Assembly (NCBI GenBank): GCA_022564195.1
Contig: JADFLW010000004.1
Location: 815-64,814 of the forward strand
From: Patescibacteria group bacterium
GTDB taxonomy: Bacteria; Patescibacteriota; Microgenomatia; UBA1400; Chisholmbacteraceae
Direction of reading: 5' to 3'
Length of the DNA: 64,000 bases
Each line of letters starts with the position of its first letter. Position 1 is the stretch's first letter. The translations under genes were made by a program, and so were the position numbers. The notes beneath the pieces are model-generated. The model saw only the letters and a program-made list of their open reading frames with translations, made no database searches and had not been told where the DNA came from. This document shows positions 26,417 to 39,560 of the stretch, piece after piece.

Positions 26417-27490
26417 ATGGCGCGACGGAAACTGCCCAGTCTCGACAGTCGTCGGGGTTCTCGCCCCGCTAGGCGGGGTTCTCAGCGAAAACGAACCTCT
26501 CGAGTTAGAAAAAAAGATGTTTCGGCGAAAAGCTTCACACTGCTCAAGTCAGGGTTGACGTTTGCAGCTATTGTCGCTTTGTTGATAGTAGTCGTTGTCG
26601 GTTATCGCGTCGCGACGCGCAGGGTTTGGACTGACAGCGCTCGTGTTTCCTTCGTCCTGCAGGAAAGTGATCCATCTTCTCCCAACTCAGGCGTGTATGT
26701 GGTTTCCTATCTTTCTTCGCAAGAGCAGTTGGTCATCGTCTCGTTTCCAGAAGGCATGAAGATTGAGGCGGTTGGGGGATTTGGACCTTGGAGAGTTGAG
26801 TCGCTTTATCCCTTGGGAGAGATGCAAGAGAAAGGGGGAGAGCTTTTGCATCGAAGCTTTGCCGAGTTCTTTGGAGTAGGGGTAGAGGGCTGGTTGGTGA
26901 CGGACAAGGTTGGTGTGGAAATGAGTCGCGGCAACGCACGGAGCATTTTGCGGCGAATCTTTGGTCGGGCACTCATTGGTAAAGCTCGTACCAATTTCGG
27001 ACTGTGGGATCTTTTTCGTCTTTGGAATGCGATTGGCGCTGTGCGTCTCCACAATGTTGAGTTGGTGGATCTGTCCAGGTCGGGAGCTGTTGTTGAGCAG
27101 AGTCAGCCGGACGGGTCGGTGACATTTACCGCAGACCTTGAACTTCTCGATCAGCTCAGTCGACGTCTATTTTCTCATCCAGAACTTATTGAGGAGGGGG
27201 TTGCTGTAGCAGTTTTGAACGGGACCAATCACCGCGGTCTTGGGGCTCGAGTCGCACGAATCGTCAGAAACATGGGAGGAGATGTTGTTGTTGTCTCTGA
27301 TTACTCTCGGACAGAGGAGATGACGACACTCTGGGCGTCGCAAGACGATCTTCTCAAGAATTCTACCACCCGTCAGCTGTCAAAGGCGCTCTTTATTGAG
27401 AGGGCTTTGGTGGGGGAGACAAGTCAGCAACGGGCCGATATCCTGGTCGTTGTTGGAGAAGATTATTGGACGCGTCTTACGAAGCTTTAA
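26417..27490 (+). CDS. LytR-CpsA-Psr (LCP) family protein
   Basis: An N-terminal basic tail and a TM helix. An LCP-like core (VIVSFPEGMKIEAVGGFG) is followed by a LytR_C-like C-terminus (AVAVLNGTNHRGLGARVARIV). Confidence 0.6.
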   Translation: MARRKLPSLDSRRGSRPARRGSQRKRTSRVRKKDVSAKSFTLLKSGLTFAAIVALLIVVVVGYRVATRRVWTDSARVSFVLQESDPSSPNSGVYVVSYLSSQEQLVIVSFPEGMKIEAVGGFGPWRVESLYPLGEMQEKGGELLHRSFAEFFGVGVEGWLVTDKVGVEMSRGNARSILRRIFGRALIGKARTNFGLWDLFRLWNAIGAVRLHNVELVDLSRSGAVVEQSQPDGSVTFTADLELLDQLSRRLFSHPELIEEGVAVAVLNGTNHRGLGARVARIVRNMGGDVVVVSDYSRTEEMTTLWASQDDLLKNSTTRQLSKALFIERALVGETSQQRADILVVVGEDYWTRLTKL

Positions 27491-27504
27491 TCTTCCTTGG
27501 AGCT

Positions 27505-28293
27505 TCAACGTTCTTCTTCCTCACCCGTTTCCCTGATGTCTATTGGTTCTTCTTTGATGACTTGAGGTCGCAAGTCAGCATAGTATGAAGCGTTTGCTGT
27601 TATCGGAAACGACGGGGTGTTTTTAAATCGTTTGGCCCTTTCCGTTTCGCGTATGAAGATTTGAACTCCGTAGCTTTCTGGCAATTTCTTGATTAAGGCC
27701 TCGTATTTATTTCCGCCGCGAATGAGCTTCCCAAGCTGGAAAGACAAATCATCCGGAAGAGAACCAATATAGGTATCGTCTTCAGTTGTTACCGAAACTG
27801 AGCGTTTCTTTGCCTCAAGAAACACAGGTTGTCCGATGTGAAGGTTTGCTATTGCGTCGGCGTCTGTTAAACGTACGAGCTGCGTTGTTTTCGTTTTCCC
27901 AGGTTCTTCGAGAAAGTTTGCTTTAATTGATGGAGTTGGGAGGCTTTTGTCTGCGGGGGATGGTTTTTTATGCTTTGCCTTAAGCCTCCTGATGTTCTTC
28001 GTGGCAATCGGATTGTACTTATCCAAGTCGAGCACTCTTTTGTACGTTTCGCGGGCTTTGTTGGTGTCGCCAAGTTCGGTGTAGGCCTTCCCAAGGCGGT
28101 TTAGGGCCGTGATATCATCAGGCTCTTCCTTGAGGATTGTCAGATTGAGCTCGACGGTTTCCTCCCAGTTTCCTTCGAGAGCGGCGCGAATGGCTTTGTC
28201 GGCAGTGTCGTTTTGCATTTTCGTCCCGGTGTCCTCCGGGAGGCGAGTCCCAGCCCTCGCTCGAAGTGGCTCGGCGGGGCAGGCTTCTGTCAA
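27505..28293 (-). CDS. TPR-repeat protein, hypothetical
   Basis: An N-terminal TPR-like segment (ALNRLGKAYTELGDTNKARETYKRVLDLD). The rest is unknown. Confidence 0.5.
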   Translation of the reverse strand: MTEACPAEPLRARAGTRLPEDTGTKMQNDTADKAIRAALEGNWEETVELNLTILKEEPDDITALNRLGKAYTELGDTNKARETYKRVLDLDKYNPIATKNIRRLKAKHKKPSPADKSLPTPSIKANFLEEPGKTKTTQLVRLTDADAIANLHIGQPVFLEAKKRSVSVTTEDDTYIGSLPDDLSFQLGKLIRGGNKYEALIKKLPESYGVQIFIRETERAKRFKNTPSFPITANASYYADLRPQVIKEEPIDIRETGEEEER

Positions 28294-28378
28294 CGGTACA
28301 TCAGATTGAATGGTTCTGTCAAGAGTGATAGACTAATGTTCAATGTTTAATGATTCTTAAATCTTAAATCTAAATCCT

Positions 28379-28933
28379 ATGAGTGGGCATAGTAAGTGGA
28401 GTACCATCAAACATAGGAAAGCCTTGAAAGATCAGAAGCGAGGGACGCTTTTTAGCAAGCTCTCTGGAGAAATTGCCTCTGCAGTACGCGAAGGCGGCAG
28501 TGAGGATCCTCAACAAAACCCCCGCCTCCGTACTGTTTTGGACAAGGCAAGAGCGGCAAACCTTCCTTCTGCGAACATCTCTCGAGCGATTGCTCGGGGT
28601 TTGGGGAAGGGGAGCGAGGGAGCACTGGAAGAGGTTGTTTATGAAGGGTATGGGCCGGCAGGGATCGCGATCCTTGCGGTTGCTCATACTGATAACAGAC
28701 AACGTACTGCAGCGATAATCAAGCACTTGTTTGAGCAAATAGGGGGGAGTCTCGGTGGTCGGGGATCTGCGTCTTTCTTGTTTGATCGGCAGGATGGGAA
28801 GTTTGCCGCGAAGGTCCGTCTTCCCATTCATGAAACGGCCAAAAGGGAGAAGCTCACATCGCTTCTTCGTGAGATTCGTGCTCAGGAGGATATCACGGAC
28901 GTCTATTCCAACGCACAAATTTCTGATGAGTAA
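28379..28933 (+). CDS. yebC: YebC/PmpR-family transcriptional regulator (short)
   Basis: MSGHSKWSTIKHRKALKDQKRG…NPRLRTVLDKARAANLP is the YebC signature. Confidence 0.85.
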   Translation: MSGHSKWSTIKHRKALKDQKRGTLFSKLSGEIASAVREGGSEDPQQNPRLRTVLDKARAANLPSANISRAIARGLGKGSEGALEEVVYEGYGPAGIAILAVAHTDNRQRTAAIIKHLFEQIGGSLGGRGSASFLFDRQDGKFAAKVRLPIHETAKREKLTSLLREIRAQEDITDVYSNAQISDE

Positions 28934-29696
28934 ACGCAAGCGATTCGTTCTTGTTTCACTACTTCTGTCGCTGAGTCTTGTCGGGACGCAGTTGGTGCGG
29001 GTTGAATTTCGCTATCAGGCCATCGTTGTTTTCGGTGGCATTTCGTTTGCGCTCTCAGCTTGGGCTCTCTCTGAGGGTCTTAAAGGGGTGGAGTGGCTTA
29101 CTGTCCTTACCTTGCCCGTTCTGTATCCCGTATCTGTCGGGCTTTTTTACTTCCTTTTGCCAGAGCGTCTGTTGACAAGATTGGTGATCTTGGGCGTCTT
29201 TGGTATTGGGATGTATGCTCTTCTATTGACCGAGAATATTTTCTCCGTTGCCGCTATTCGTACTATCCAGCTTCTTCGTGCTGCCCATGCTGTCGGATTC
29301 TTGTTGACCTTGGTTACCGCATTCTTTCTCTTTGATACCATTTGGTCGTTTCGCCTCCCGTTTTACGCCAATGGGGCATTGGTCGGGCTGGCGTCTTTAT
29401 CGCTTTTCCTTCAAGGACTCTGGTCGTACCGGCTTGGAGAGGAGCGGATAGAGAAGCGCACGCTTCAGTACGCTTTGGCTTTGGCGTTGGGTTTAGGTCA
29501 GATTGCCTTGGCGCTGTCATTCTGGCCGGTGACGGTTCCTGTTGGCTCGCTCTTTTTGGTGACCATGGTGTATGTTGGGTTGGGGATTAGCCAATATCAC
29601 TTTTCCAGCAGGCTGTTTCACAAAACGCTTTATGAATATTTGGGAGTTGGCATAATAGTACTTGTGACCACGTTTTTGGTTACGAGGTGGGGGTGA
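28926..29696 (+). CDS. Hypothetical polytopic membrane protein
   Basis: About 8 TM helices. Starts at MSKRKRF. It overlaps the yebC stop. Confidence 0.5.
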   Translation: MSKRKRFVLVSLLLSLSLVGTQLVRVEFRYQAIVVFGGISFALSAWALSEGLKGVEWLTVLTLPVLYPVSVGLFYFLLPERLLTRLVILGVFGIGMYALLLTENIFSVAAIRTIQLLRAAHAVGFLLTLVTAFFLFDTIWSFRLPFYANGALVGLASLSLFLQGLWSYRLGEERIEKRTLQYALALALGLGQIALALSFWPVTVPVGSLFLVTMVYVGLGISQYHFSSRLFHKTLYEYLGVGIIVLVTTFLVTRWG

Positions 29697-31709
29697 ATTA
29701 TGGCGAGTGATCCGGAATGTCAAGGAGGGAATACAGCAGGGAGTGACGGAGCGCAGCCCGAACTTCCAGGGGTGCCTGGCTCCGATGATCGGCGCGATCC
29801 CCTGAGGCTTACGGATTCTTTTGCATCACGGCCAGAGTGGGACCGCTTGGTCCGAGTGGAAGGCAAAGGAACAGTTTCGGACTGTCTGTGCAGGCTGATA
29901 TTGGTGGACGGTTGGCTCATGGAGAAATTACGAGCGAGCAAGCGGATGAAATAGTGGATAGGACCTTGCGAACGAGGGATGAAATAGAAGAATCAATGAA
30001 ACCGCATTTTCCGGCAATGAAACCTCGACGACGGGATTCGAGAAAAGGATAGCGATTTTTCTTCTTTTTTGTTTCATTTGTATCATAAGTGTCCTTTTCA
30101 TTTTCCGATAGACCGTAAGGAAGGGGAGAGGAGTAAGGATTCTTGGACGACGGGTTATGGCCTATAGTATTAGATTACCTGGTGTTAAAGCCTATAATAT
30201 ATATTTTCACAGAAACCTGGTAGGATTTTTCACGATTTAGCAATTGGGGAGAGTGAGTGCTTTTTGTTCTCTGGATTCAAGGATTGGCTTCTTTATTTGG
30301 GCCTATACATGGGCCTTTTTCTCGCTTAACGATCCTGGGTACATAATGTCTACACCCTCTCAGCAGGTGGTAGATCGATTGTGGATAACTTAGAGTCTTC
30401 ATAGGAAATGATACAGTTTGATCCACGTAGAATTTCTTCGCCAGGCTATCGATGGAGTGGAGGTAGGAACAATACCCGAATGTGGATTTTTCAAAAAACC
30501 GAAGAAGGGGTTCGGGCCGCCATCGAGCTGGAACTCAAACCTTCCACGTACAAGCGATTTTCAAACTCGTTTGAGATCGCAATTGCAAACAGACTATGGT
30601 CTTTCACCACTACTCTGACGAGGGGTGTGTTAATGTAACGGAGGCTGTTTTGGCATCTATTGCGTCGCACAATAATACTTTTACGACATGAAGGAAGTGT
30701 ACGGTTGGGGCAGTGTGATCTGCTGGTGCTCCTTAGGTTCTCTCTAGCTCGTTTTTTTTCCTTGGCGGCTGCTTTCGTCTCCCTTCTGTGGTTTATTCAT
30801 TTCTCCGTTTTATTCCTCAATAAAGAAATCTTGCGATTGAATAAAAACCCGAAAGCGGATCGTTCTATGGTGTTGGAGCCTCCTGTTTGCATGTAGACTA
30901 CGTGCATGGATATTAAGCTACTACACATGTGTTCATAGAAGCCGTTTTAGGGCCATTGGAGCGCGTCGACCAGATTCAAATTGTCCTATTTTGAGCTTTA
31001 CCCATTGGGCGGTGGATGGCATTGCAACGCCATTTGTATTCTTTGAAGCTGGTTTACCGCTTTTGAATTGAGCCGCACACCCCACTGCGGACGCTGCTGT
31101 CGACGATTACTGCGTGCGTTTCCTCTACTCTCGTGTTTCATGTACGGCCTCTGTCCACTTTACATACGACTCGGTGCTTTTGGAGTGTTGCGTTTTTGTA
31201 TTTTTTTGTTTCGGTTTCTTTTGATCCATACGGAGTGCGCTATTTTCACGATTACTCAAGTGTATTTACGCGCTCCATGAAAAATGAGAAGGCCGTTTAC
31301 CACGGCTCCCTTTTTGTTGTGAAATAATTGTCCCATTGAACAATGGCGACTGCTTTCCCCTTCTTCGTTTCTGATGGTTTGGATTTTCTGGAGCCCATTA
31401 TGTCGCACAATATTGACAAAGCTCCCCCACGGTGCTAGGATGGATTTTACTATAGTTCTTTTTTTCAACATTGAGCTTTATATGCATTTATCATTCCCCT
31501 ATTGCCTCAATTGGGTCGTCGACTTTGGCGGACGATCTTCCCTGCTACTAAACCATATAAGTTCTTCTCTCGGGTTTTCTGGAGATTACATTATAGGCTT
31601 ATCAAATTTCGCGGACTGATGAGGTCTGATGTGTAATGAAAACATACATCTTAAAAAGGGTGATGTATCAGTCCAATTTAGGTTAGAGTGATTTTGGCAG
31701 GATTTCAAG

Positions 31710-32705
31710 ATGAGTGCTAATAAAACCCGAAAACCTATAGTTCATACTTCCCATTCGAAGGAGACGCAACCACACAGTGAGCTCGAGGAATTGGTTTTGC
31801 AGTTTCTCGAGTATATGGAGATCGAGCGTGGAGCTAGTCCGTATACCATACGGAACTATCACTTCTATCTGCGGCGATTTTTGGCTTGGTTTGTGCGTTC
31901 TGCACGCACCGATGATATTCGCGAACTTGATCTTTCCTCTGTGCGCAAGTACCGAGTCTATCTGTCGCGTTATACCGATGAGAAGGGTGGAACGCTTTCG
32001 CGTGTCACGCAAAGCTATTATGTCATAACTCTCAGGTCATTTTTGAAATGGCTCGTGAAAAACGACTACGATGTACTTCCTCCTGATAGGATTGATCTGC
32101 CGAAAACCGAGAGCCGATCCTTAAAGTTTCTTAACCGGCGTCAGGTTGAGCGGCTGTTGTCGCAGCCTTCGTTGTCTTCGCCCAGGGGATTACGGGATAA
32201 GGCGATTTTGGAACTTCTTTTTTCCACTGGACTTCGGGTTTCTGAGCTTGTTGGTCTTGATCGGGATCGCATTGATCTTGATCGGCGGGAGTTTGGGATC
32301 ATTGGGAAAGGCGGTCGGGCGCGTGTGGTCTTCCTATCGCTCCGTGCAGCAGGGTGGGTTTCTCGTTACGTTGAGAGCCGTGATGACCACTGGAAGCCTC
32401 TGTTTATTCGTTACTCTCGTGGAAAGGCTGATCCTTCTTCAAGCGGAGAGGAAATGCGGCTTTCTTCCCGTTCGGTACAGCGGATTGTTGAGCGGTACTC
32501 AAAAAAAGCACGGCTTCCGGTGCGCATCACACCTCATGGATTGCGTCATTCGTTCGCGACGGATCTTCTGCATGCAGGAGCGGGACTACGGGAAGTGCAG
32601 GAAATGCTGGGGCACAAGAATATTTCAACGACCCAAATTTACACGCATGTCACGAATCCGCAACTTCGTAAGGTCCATGAGAAGTTTCACAGTAGGAATA
32701 CATAA
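31710..32705 (+). CDS. Tyrosine recombinase XerC/XerD family
   Basis: A core-binding N-terminus is followed by the catalytic C-terminus HGLRHSFATDLL…LGHKNISTTQIYTHV, which carries the R-H-R-Y set. Confidence 0.85.
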   Translation: MSANKTRKPIVHTSHSKETQPHSELEELVLQFLEYMEIERGASPYTIRNYHFYLRRFLAWFVRSARTDDIRELDLSSVRKYRVYLSRYTDEKGGTLSRVTQSYYVITLRSFLKWLVKNDYDVLPPDRIDLPKTESRSLKFLNRRQVERLLSQPSLSSPRGLRDKAILELLFSTGLRVSELVGLDRDRIDLDRREFGIIGKGGRARVVFLSLRAAGWVSRYVESRDDHWKPLFIRYSRGKADPSSSGEEMRLSSRSVQRIVERYSKKARLPVRITPHGLRHSFATDLLHAGAGLREVQEMLGHKNISTTQIYTHVTNPQLRKVHEKFHSRNT

Positions 32706-32708
32706 TAC

Positions 32709-35312
32709 TCACTCTTTTTCTATTTTTGTGACGGCGGAGACTTTGTCGCTGGTTTTGGCAAAGCGCATCAGGATCACCCCTTGGGTTGCGCGTTTAAGGC
32801 GAGGGATATTCTTGAACGGCAATTTGATGACTTGTGCCTTAACACTGGTGATAATGATCTGATCTGTTTTTTGGTCGACGAACATCGCAGTGGCGATGTT
32901 TCCGGTGCGGCTTGTCAACTGAGCTACTTTGACTCCCTGCCCTCCTCGTCGTTGAAGCGGATGCTCCTGGACTGGCGTGCGCTTCCCCATCCCCTTTTCT
33001 GTGATGACCAGAAGGTCTCTGAAGGACTTTCTTCTGCGATCTTTCGGTTTTGTTGTTTCTTGGGAGAATGCCTCAATGTTGATGACGACATCAGCTTTGG
33101 TTAGCTTAATACCCCTCACTCCCATCGTACCTCTTCCTGTCGGTCGAACTTCCTTTTCTGAAAATCGAATGGACTTCCCTTTTTTGGTGATGACCATGAT
33201 ATCGTGGTTTCCTTCAGTCAGTTTCGCCCACACGAGCTCATCTTTTTTCTTGAGCACGATAGCGATAATTCCGTTTGATTTGATGTTTTGATAAGCGGCG
33301 AGTCTACTTTTCTTCACAACACCATTGCGTGTTGCCATGAGAAGATATTTGTCCTTGGCAGTTATTTGGCCATGTGATAGCGCAAGGATGCTTTGGATCT
33401 TTTCGTCTTGATCGATGTTGATGAGGTTGATGACGGCTTGTCCTTTTGACTGCCTGCTGCCCTGGGGGATTTCGTGGGCGGCAAGTTTATAGACTTTTCC
33501 GAGGTTCGTGAAGAACAGGATACTGTCATGGGTGTTTGCCGTAATCAGGAAAGCTACGATGTCTTCTTGTTTCGTTGCCATGCCAATCACACCCTTTCCC
33601 CCTCTGCGTTGGGAGCGGTAGGTGCCGATTGGAATTCTTTTGATGTACCCTCCTTCTGTCACGGTGATGAGGACTTCTTCGGATGGAACAAGATCTCTTG
33701 CCTCGAACTCATCGAGTTTTCCGGCTTTCACTTTCGTGCGACGATCGTCTCCAAATTTTTCCTTCAGCTGCTTCAATTCTCCGGTGATGATGGTAAGGAT
33801 CTTTTGTGGCTTGCCGAGAAGATCAAGGAGGCTTGCTATGGTTTTCTTGATTGCCTTGTGTTCATCCTGGATCTTTTGACGCTCGAGGGCGGCTAGTCGG
33901 CGAAGTTGCAAGTCAAGGATGGCTTGTGCTTGGACCTCAGTGAGTTTGAAGTTCTTCATCAGCCTCACCTTTGCGACATCGGCATCTGGGGATCTGCGGA
34001 TGGTTTGGATCACCGCATCGAGATGGTTAAGCGCGATGATTAATCCTTCCAGGATGTGTGCCCTGACACGGGCTTGGCGGAGTTCATGTTGGCTTCTGCG
34101 GATCAAGACCAGTTGTCGGTGTCTCACATGCTCTCCGAGAATCATCTTGAGGGTCATGAGCTGAGGCGTCCCTTCGTGATTTAAGGCGACGATGTTTGCC
34201 GGGAAGGACTCCCGAAGCCGGGTGTATTTGTAGAGGTTATTGAGGATTGCCTTGGGTTTTGCGTCGCGCTTGAGATCAACGACAATGCGCATTCCGTGGC
34301 GGTCAGATTCGTCTCTTAAATCCGCGACCCCAACGATGCGTTTGTTCTTCACGAGTTGAGCGATTTTTGCGACAAGCTTGGCTTTGTTTACTTGGTACGG
34401 AATTTCGGTAATAATAATTTGCATTTTTCCGCTCGCCGTTTCCTCAATCGTGGCTTCCCCTTGCATGATGATTTTCCCTTTTCCTGTTGCGTAGACTTCT
34501 TGAATGGCTTCCCGATCAAAAATTGTTCCTGCGGTTGGAAAATCTGGCCCTTTAATATGTTGAAGTAGATCGTCAACGGTCGCATCTGAGGTGAATGTGC
34601 CAATGATCGCGGCCGGGTCGGCGGTTTCCGGATCTTTGATGGCCTCCTCTTGCTCGACTTTGCCCATTTGAATGAGTGTGATAGTTGCGTCGACAACTTC
34701 ATTCAGATTATGCGGTGGAATCTTCGTTGCCATACCAACGGCGATGCCTTCGGAACCCATGAGCAGTAAATTGGGAAGTGAGCTGGGAAGTACTGTTGGT
34801 TCTTTTTGCGAGCCGTCAAAGGTGTCAACAAAGTTGACGGTGTCTTTATCCAAGTCTTTGAGGAGCGTTTGTGCAATAGCGGTCAGACGCGCTTCAGTGT
34901 ATCGCATTGCTGCTGCAGGATCGCCATCGACGGATCCGAAGTTTCCTTGTCCGTCTATAATGGGATACCGCATGGAGAAATCTTGGGCGAGGCGGACTAA
35001 CGCGTCATACACTGCCATATCACCGTGAGGGTGATACTTTCCCAAAACCTCTCCAACGATGCGTGCAGATTTTTTATACTTAGTACTATGGGTGAGATTC
35101 ATTCCGTGCATTGCAAAGAGGATGCGTCTGTGCACGGGTTTGAGTCCGTCTCGTACATCGGGCAAAGCGCGTGCGACAATGACGCTCATCGCGTAATCAA
35201 GATATGAGCGCTCCATCTCCGAAGTGATCGTTACCGGCAGGATACGGCCGAATGGAGTTGTGTTGGATTCGTTGGATTGATTGTTTCGCTTTTGCCGCAT
35301 AGTTTTTATCAC
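32709..35312 (-). CDS. gyrA: DNA gyrase subunit A
   Basis: [27 protein letters not shown] carries the active-site Tyr region. C-terminal beta-pinwheel repeats are present. The GTG start overlaps the hppA stop (GTGA). Confidence 0.95.
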   Translation of the reverse strand: MIKTMRQKRNNQSNESNTTPFGRILPVTITSEMERSYLDYAMSVIVARALPDVRDGLKPVHRRILFAMHGMNLTHSTKYKKSARIVGEVLGKYHPHGDMAVYDALVRLAQDFSMRYPIIDGQGNFGSVDGDPAAAMRYTEARLTAIAQTLLKDLDKDTVNFVDTFDGSQKEPTVLPSSLPNLLLMGSEGIAVGMATKIPPHNLNEVVDATITLIQMGKVEQEEAIKDPETADPAAIIGTFTSDATVDDLLQHIKGPDFPTAGTIFDREAIQEVYATGKGKIIMQGEATIEETASGKMQIIITEIPYQVNKAKLVAKIAQLVKNKRIVGVADLRDESDRHGMRIVVDLKRDAKPKAILNNLYKYTRLRESFPANIVALNHEGTPQLMTLKMILGEHVRHRQLVLIRRSQHELRQARVRAHILEGLIIALNHLDAVIQTIRRSPDADVAKVRLMKNFKLTEVQAQAILDLQLRRLAALERQKIQDEHKAIKKTIASLLDLLGKPQKILTIITGELKQLKEKFGDDRRTKVKAGKLDEFEARDLVPSEEVLITVTEGGYIKRIPIGTYRSQRRGGKGVIGMATKQEDIVAFLITANTHDSILFFTNLGKVYKLAAHEIPQGSRQSKGQAVINLINIDQDEKIQSILALSHGQITAKDKYLLMATRNGVVKKSRLAAYQNIKSNGIIAIVLKKKDELVWAKLTEGNHDIMVITKKGKSIRFSEKEVRPTGRGTMGVRGIKLTKADVVINIEAFSQETTKPKDRRRKSFRDLLVITEKGMGKRTPVQEHPLQRRGGQGVKVAQLTSRTGNIATAMFVDQKTDQIIITSVKAQVIKLPFKNIPRLKRATQGVILMRFAKTSDKVSAVTKIEKE

Positions 35313-37309
35313 CTGAGGAAGCTGGCGACGAGGAGTGCCGTGAGGTTGACGATTTTGATCATCGGGTTTATGGCTGGACCTGCGGTGTCCTTGTACGGAT
35401 CACCGACGGTATCGCCGATGACGGCAGCTATGTGGGCTGGGCTCCCTTTGCCGCCCAAATTTCCTGCCTCTATGAATTTTTTTGCATTGTCCCATGCGGC
35501 CCCACCGGTCGTCATCGAAATGGCAAGGAATATTCCGGTGACAATAGTTCCGACGAGCAATCCCCCCAGGGCTTTTGGACCCAGCAAGAACGCTACGAGG
35601 AGGGGTGCTGTCACTGGGATAAGTGAGGGAATAACCATTTGTCTTAATGCCGCTTGGGTTACGATGTCGACTGCCCGGCCATATTGGGGCTTGGCTTTGC
35701 CTTCCATGAGTCCCTCGATTTCTCGGAACTGTCTTCGGACTTCGTTCACGACAGCGCCTGCTGTTTTGCCTACGGCTTCCATGCTTAGTGCAGCAAAGAG
35801 GAAAGGGAGGGCGCCGCCTATAAATAAGCCAGCCAGGACTGTGGGGTCTGAGAGTTCGAAGTGTACGGTTTCGGAGACTGTAAGTTCTTGCGTATAGGAA
35901 GCAAAAAGGACTATTGCGGCGAGGCCGGCACTGCCGATGGCATAGCCTTTGGTTATGGCTTTCGTTGTGTTTCCTACTTCGTCGAGGCTATCGGTGACTG
36001 CTCGGACTTGAGCTGGAAGGTCAGCCATTTCTGCAATCCCGCCCGCGTTATCGGTGATTGGTCCGAACGAGTCGATGGCAACGATGATGCCTGTTAAGGA
36101 GAGCATGGACATAGCAGCGATCGCAATTCCGTATAGGCCGGCGAGATTGTAGGCAAGAAGTATTGCGCTTGCGATGACCATCACTGGCAGGAATGTCGAT
36201 TTCATTGACACCGCGAGTCCGGCAATGATGTTGGTTCCGGCTCCGTATTCGGAGGCCTTGGAGATCGCTCGCACTGGAGCGTACTTGCGTGAAGTGAAAT
36301 ATTCGGTGATGACCAGGAACGCTGCGGTCACCGCGACTCCAATGAGACTCGTTAGATACAGGCTCATGGTCGAGTATCGGCCATTTTGTGCCATTAAACT
36401 CGTGGTTATCGGGTAAAACAGTAGTACAGAGATGATAGCGGACGTGATGAGTCCTCTGTAGAGCGCAGGCATGATTTCTCCTGAGGAAGGCAGCTTGACA
36501 AAGAACGTGCCGATCATTGTGGCAAGGATGCCAGCGCTTCCGAGGGCTAGTGGGTAGAGGACCGCGTTGGGGAAGGTTGTAAATACCAGGTTTCCCAGAA
36601 GCATTGCGGCAACGGCAGTGACGACGTATGTTTCGAATAAATCGGCAGCCATGCCGGCGCAATCCCCGACGTTGTCGCCGACCAGGTCAGCGATCACAGC
36701 CGGATTTCTTGGGTCATCTTCTGGGATATTGGCTTCAAGTTTGCCGACCAGGTCGGCACCGACATCGGCCCCTTTGGTGTAGATGCCACCCCCAAGGCGG
36801 GCAAACACAGAGATGAGCGATCCGCCAAAGGCCAAACCAATGAGGGCTTTTACATCACCGGTTACTGCAAAGAATCCTGTAGTGGCCAGGAGTGCCAGAC
36901 CGACAACCAGGAGTCCCGTTACCGACCCGCCGCGGAAGGCGACAATGAGGGCCTTGTCCAACCCCTTCTTGGCAGACTGCGTGGTTCGGACATTCGCGCG
37001 TACCGCAATCATCATGCCGATGTACCCACTTATGGCGGATGCCGCTGCGCCGACGAGAAAGCCCACAGCGGTGTTGATGCCTAGGGTGAGCATGAGTACA
37101 ACTGCTAGACCGAATGCGATGACGGCAACGACGCGATATTGGCGATGAAGATACGCCGAGGCACCTTCCGCTATCGCGTCGGCAATCTCGATCATCTTTT
37201 TCCCGCCTCTGTCAAGGGAGAGCATCCAGCGTGATAGGAAGATACTGTAGCTGATCGCGGCGAGCGCGGCAAGTATTGCTATGAGGATTGTGTTTTGTCC
37301 AGTAAGCAT
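35309..37309 (-). CDS. hppA: Membrane-bound proton-translocating pyrophosphatase
   Basis: [16 protein letters not shown] and [26 protein letters not shown] are H+-PPase signature blocks. About 16 TM helices. Confidence 0.9.
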   Translation of the reverse strand: MLTGQNTILIAILAALAAISYSIFLSRWMLSLDRGGKKMIEIADAIAEGASAYLHRQYRVVAVIAFGLAVVLMLTLGINTAVGFLVGAAASAISGYIGMMIAVRANVRTTQSAKKGLDKALIVAFRGGSVTGLLVVGLALLATTGFFAVTGDVKALIGLAFGGSLISVFARLGGGIYTKGADVGADLVGKLEANIPEDDPRNPAVIADLVGDNVGDCAGMAADLFETYVVTAVAAMLLGNLVFTTFPNAVLYPLALGSAGILATMIGTFFVKLPSSGEIMPALYRGLITSAIISVLLFYPITTSLMAQNGRYSTMSLYLTSLIGVAVTAAFLVITEYFTSRKYAPVRAISKASEYGAGTNIIAGLAVSMKSTFLPVMVIASAILLAYNLAGLYGIAIAAMSMLSLTGIIVAIDSFGPITDNAGGIAEMADLPAQVRAVTDSLDEVGNTTKAITKGYAIGSAGLAAIVLFASYTQELTVSETVHFELSDPTVLAGLFIGGALPFLFAALSMEAVGKTAGAVVNEVRRQFREIEGLMEGKAKPQYGRAVDIVTQAALRQMVIPSLIPVTAPLLVAFLLGPKALGGLLVGTIVTGIFLAISMTTGGAAWDNAKKFIEAGNLGGKGSPAHIAAVIGDTVGDPYKDTAGPAINPMIKIVNLTALLVASFLR

Positions 37310-37446
37310 CTCCTGGCCTTTTTTTAGATACCTAGGGAAGGCAGCTTCGCGTCCCGGTGGACACCGGGATAGCTCTATTGGATCTTTTATCTATACTAAT
37401 GTTGCCAATTTCGTATCTCGTCAAACGCTATGGCTCAGCTAGCAAT

Positions 37447-39423
<1,977 letters not shown>

Positions 39424-39560
39424 TTAAAAAAGATTTGCTTATTAGGCAATCCTTGACAAATTCTATCAAACTCTATGAGTCCTGTCTAGCTTGGAAGAGG
39501 GTGGGAGACCATGATTGTCCCCTGTTGACTTTGCATTTCGTTGTATGATTTGATGAGGCG

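Noticed and set aside
29700-30052. Two overlapping small ORFs (29700-29954 and 29837-30052) downstream of the membrane protein gene.
   Set aside because: Neither has a recognisable domain, and they occupy different frames. They could be a frameshifted single gene or non-coding. There is too little evidence to annotate either.
30060-31709. A CRISPR array, rRNA, or RNase P / tmRNA gene in the long non-coding stretch.
   Set aside because: There are no regularly spaced direct repeats. None of the hallmark motifs I could check by eye is present: an RNase P P4 GGAAAGTCCGG-like sequence, or a tmRNA tRNA-like 3' end ending in CCA with a T-loop. This is left as an open question for cmsearch rather than claimed.
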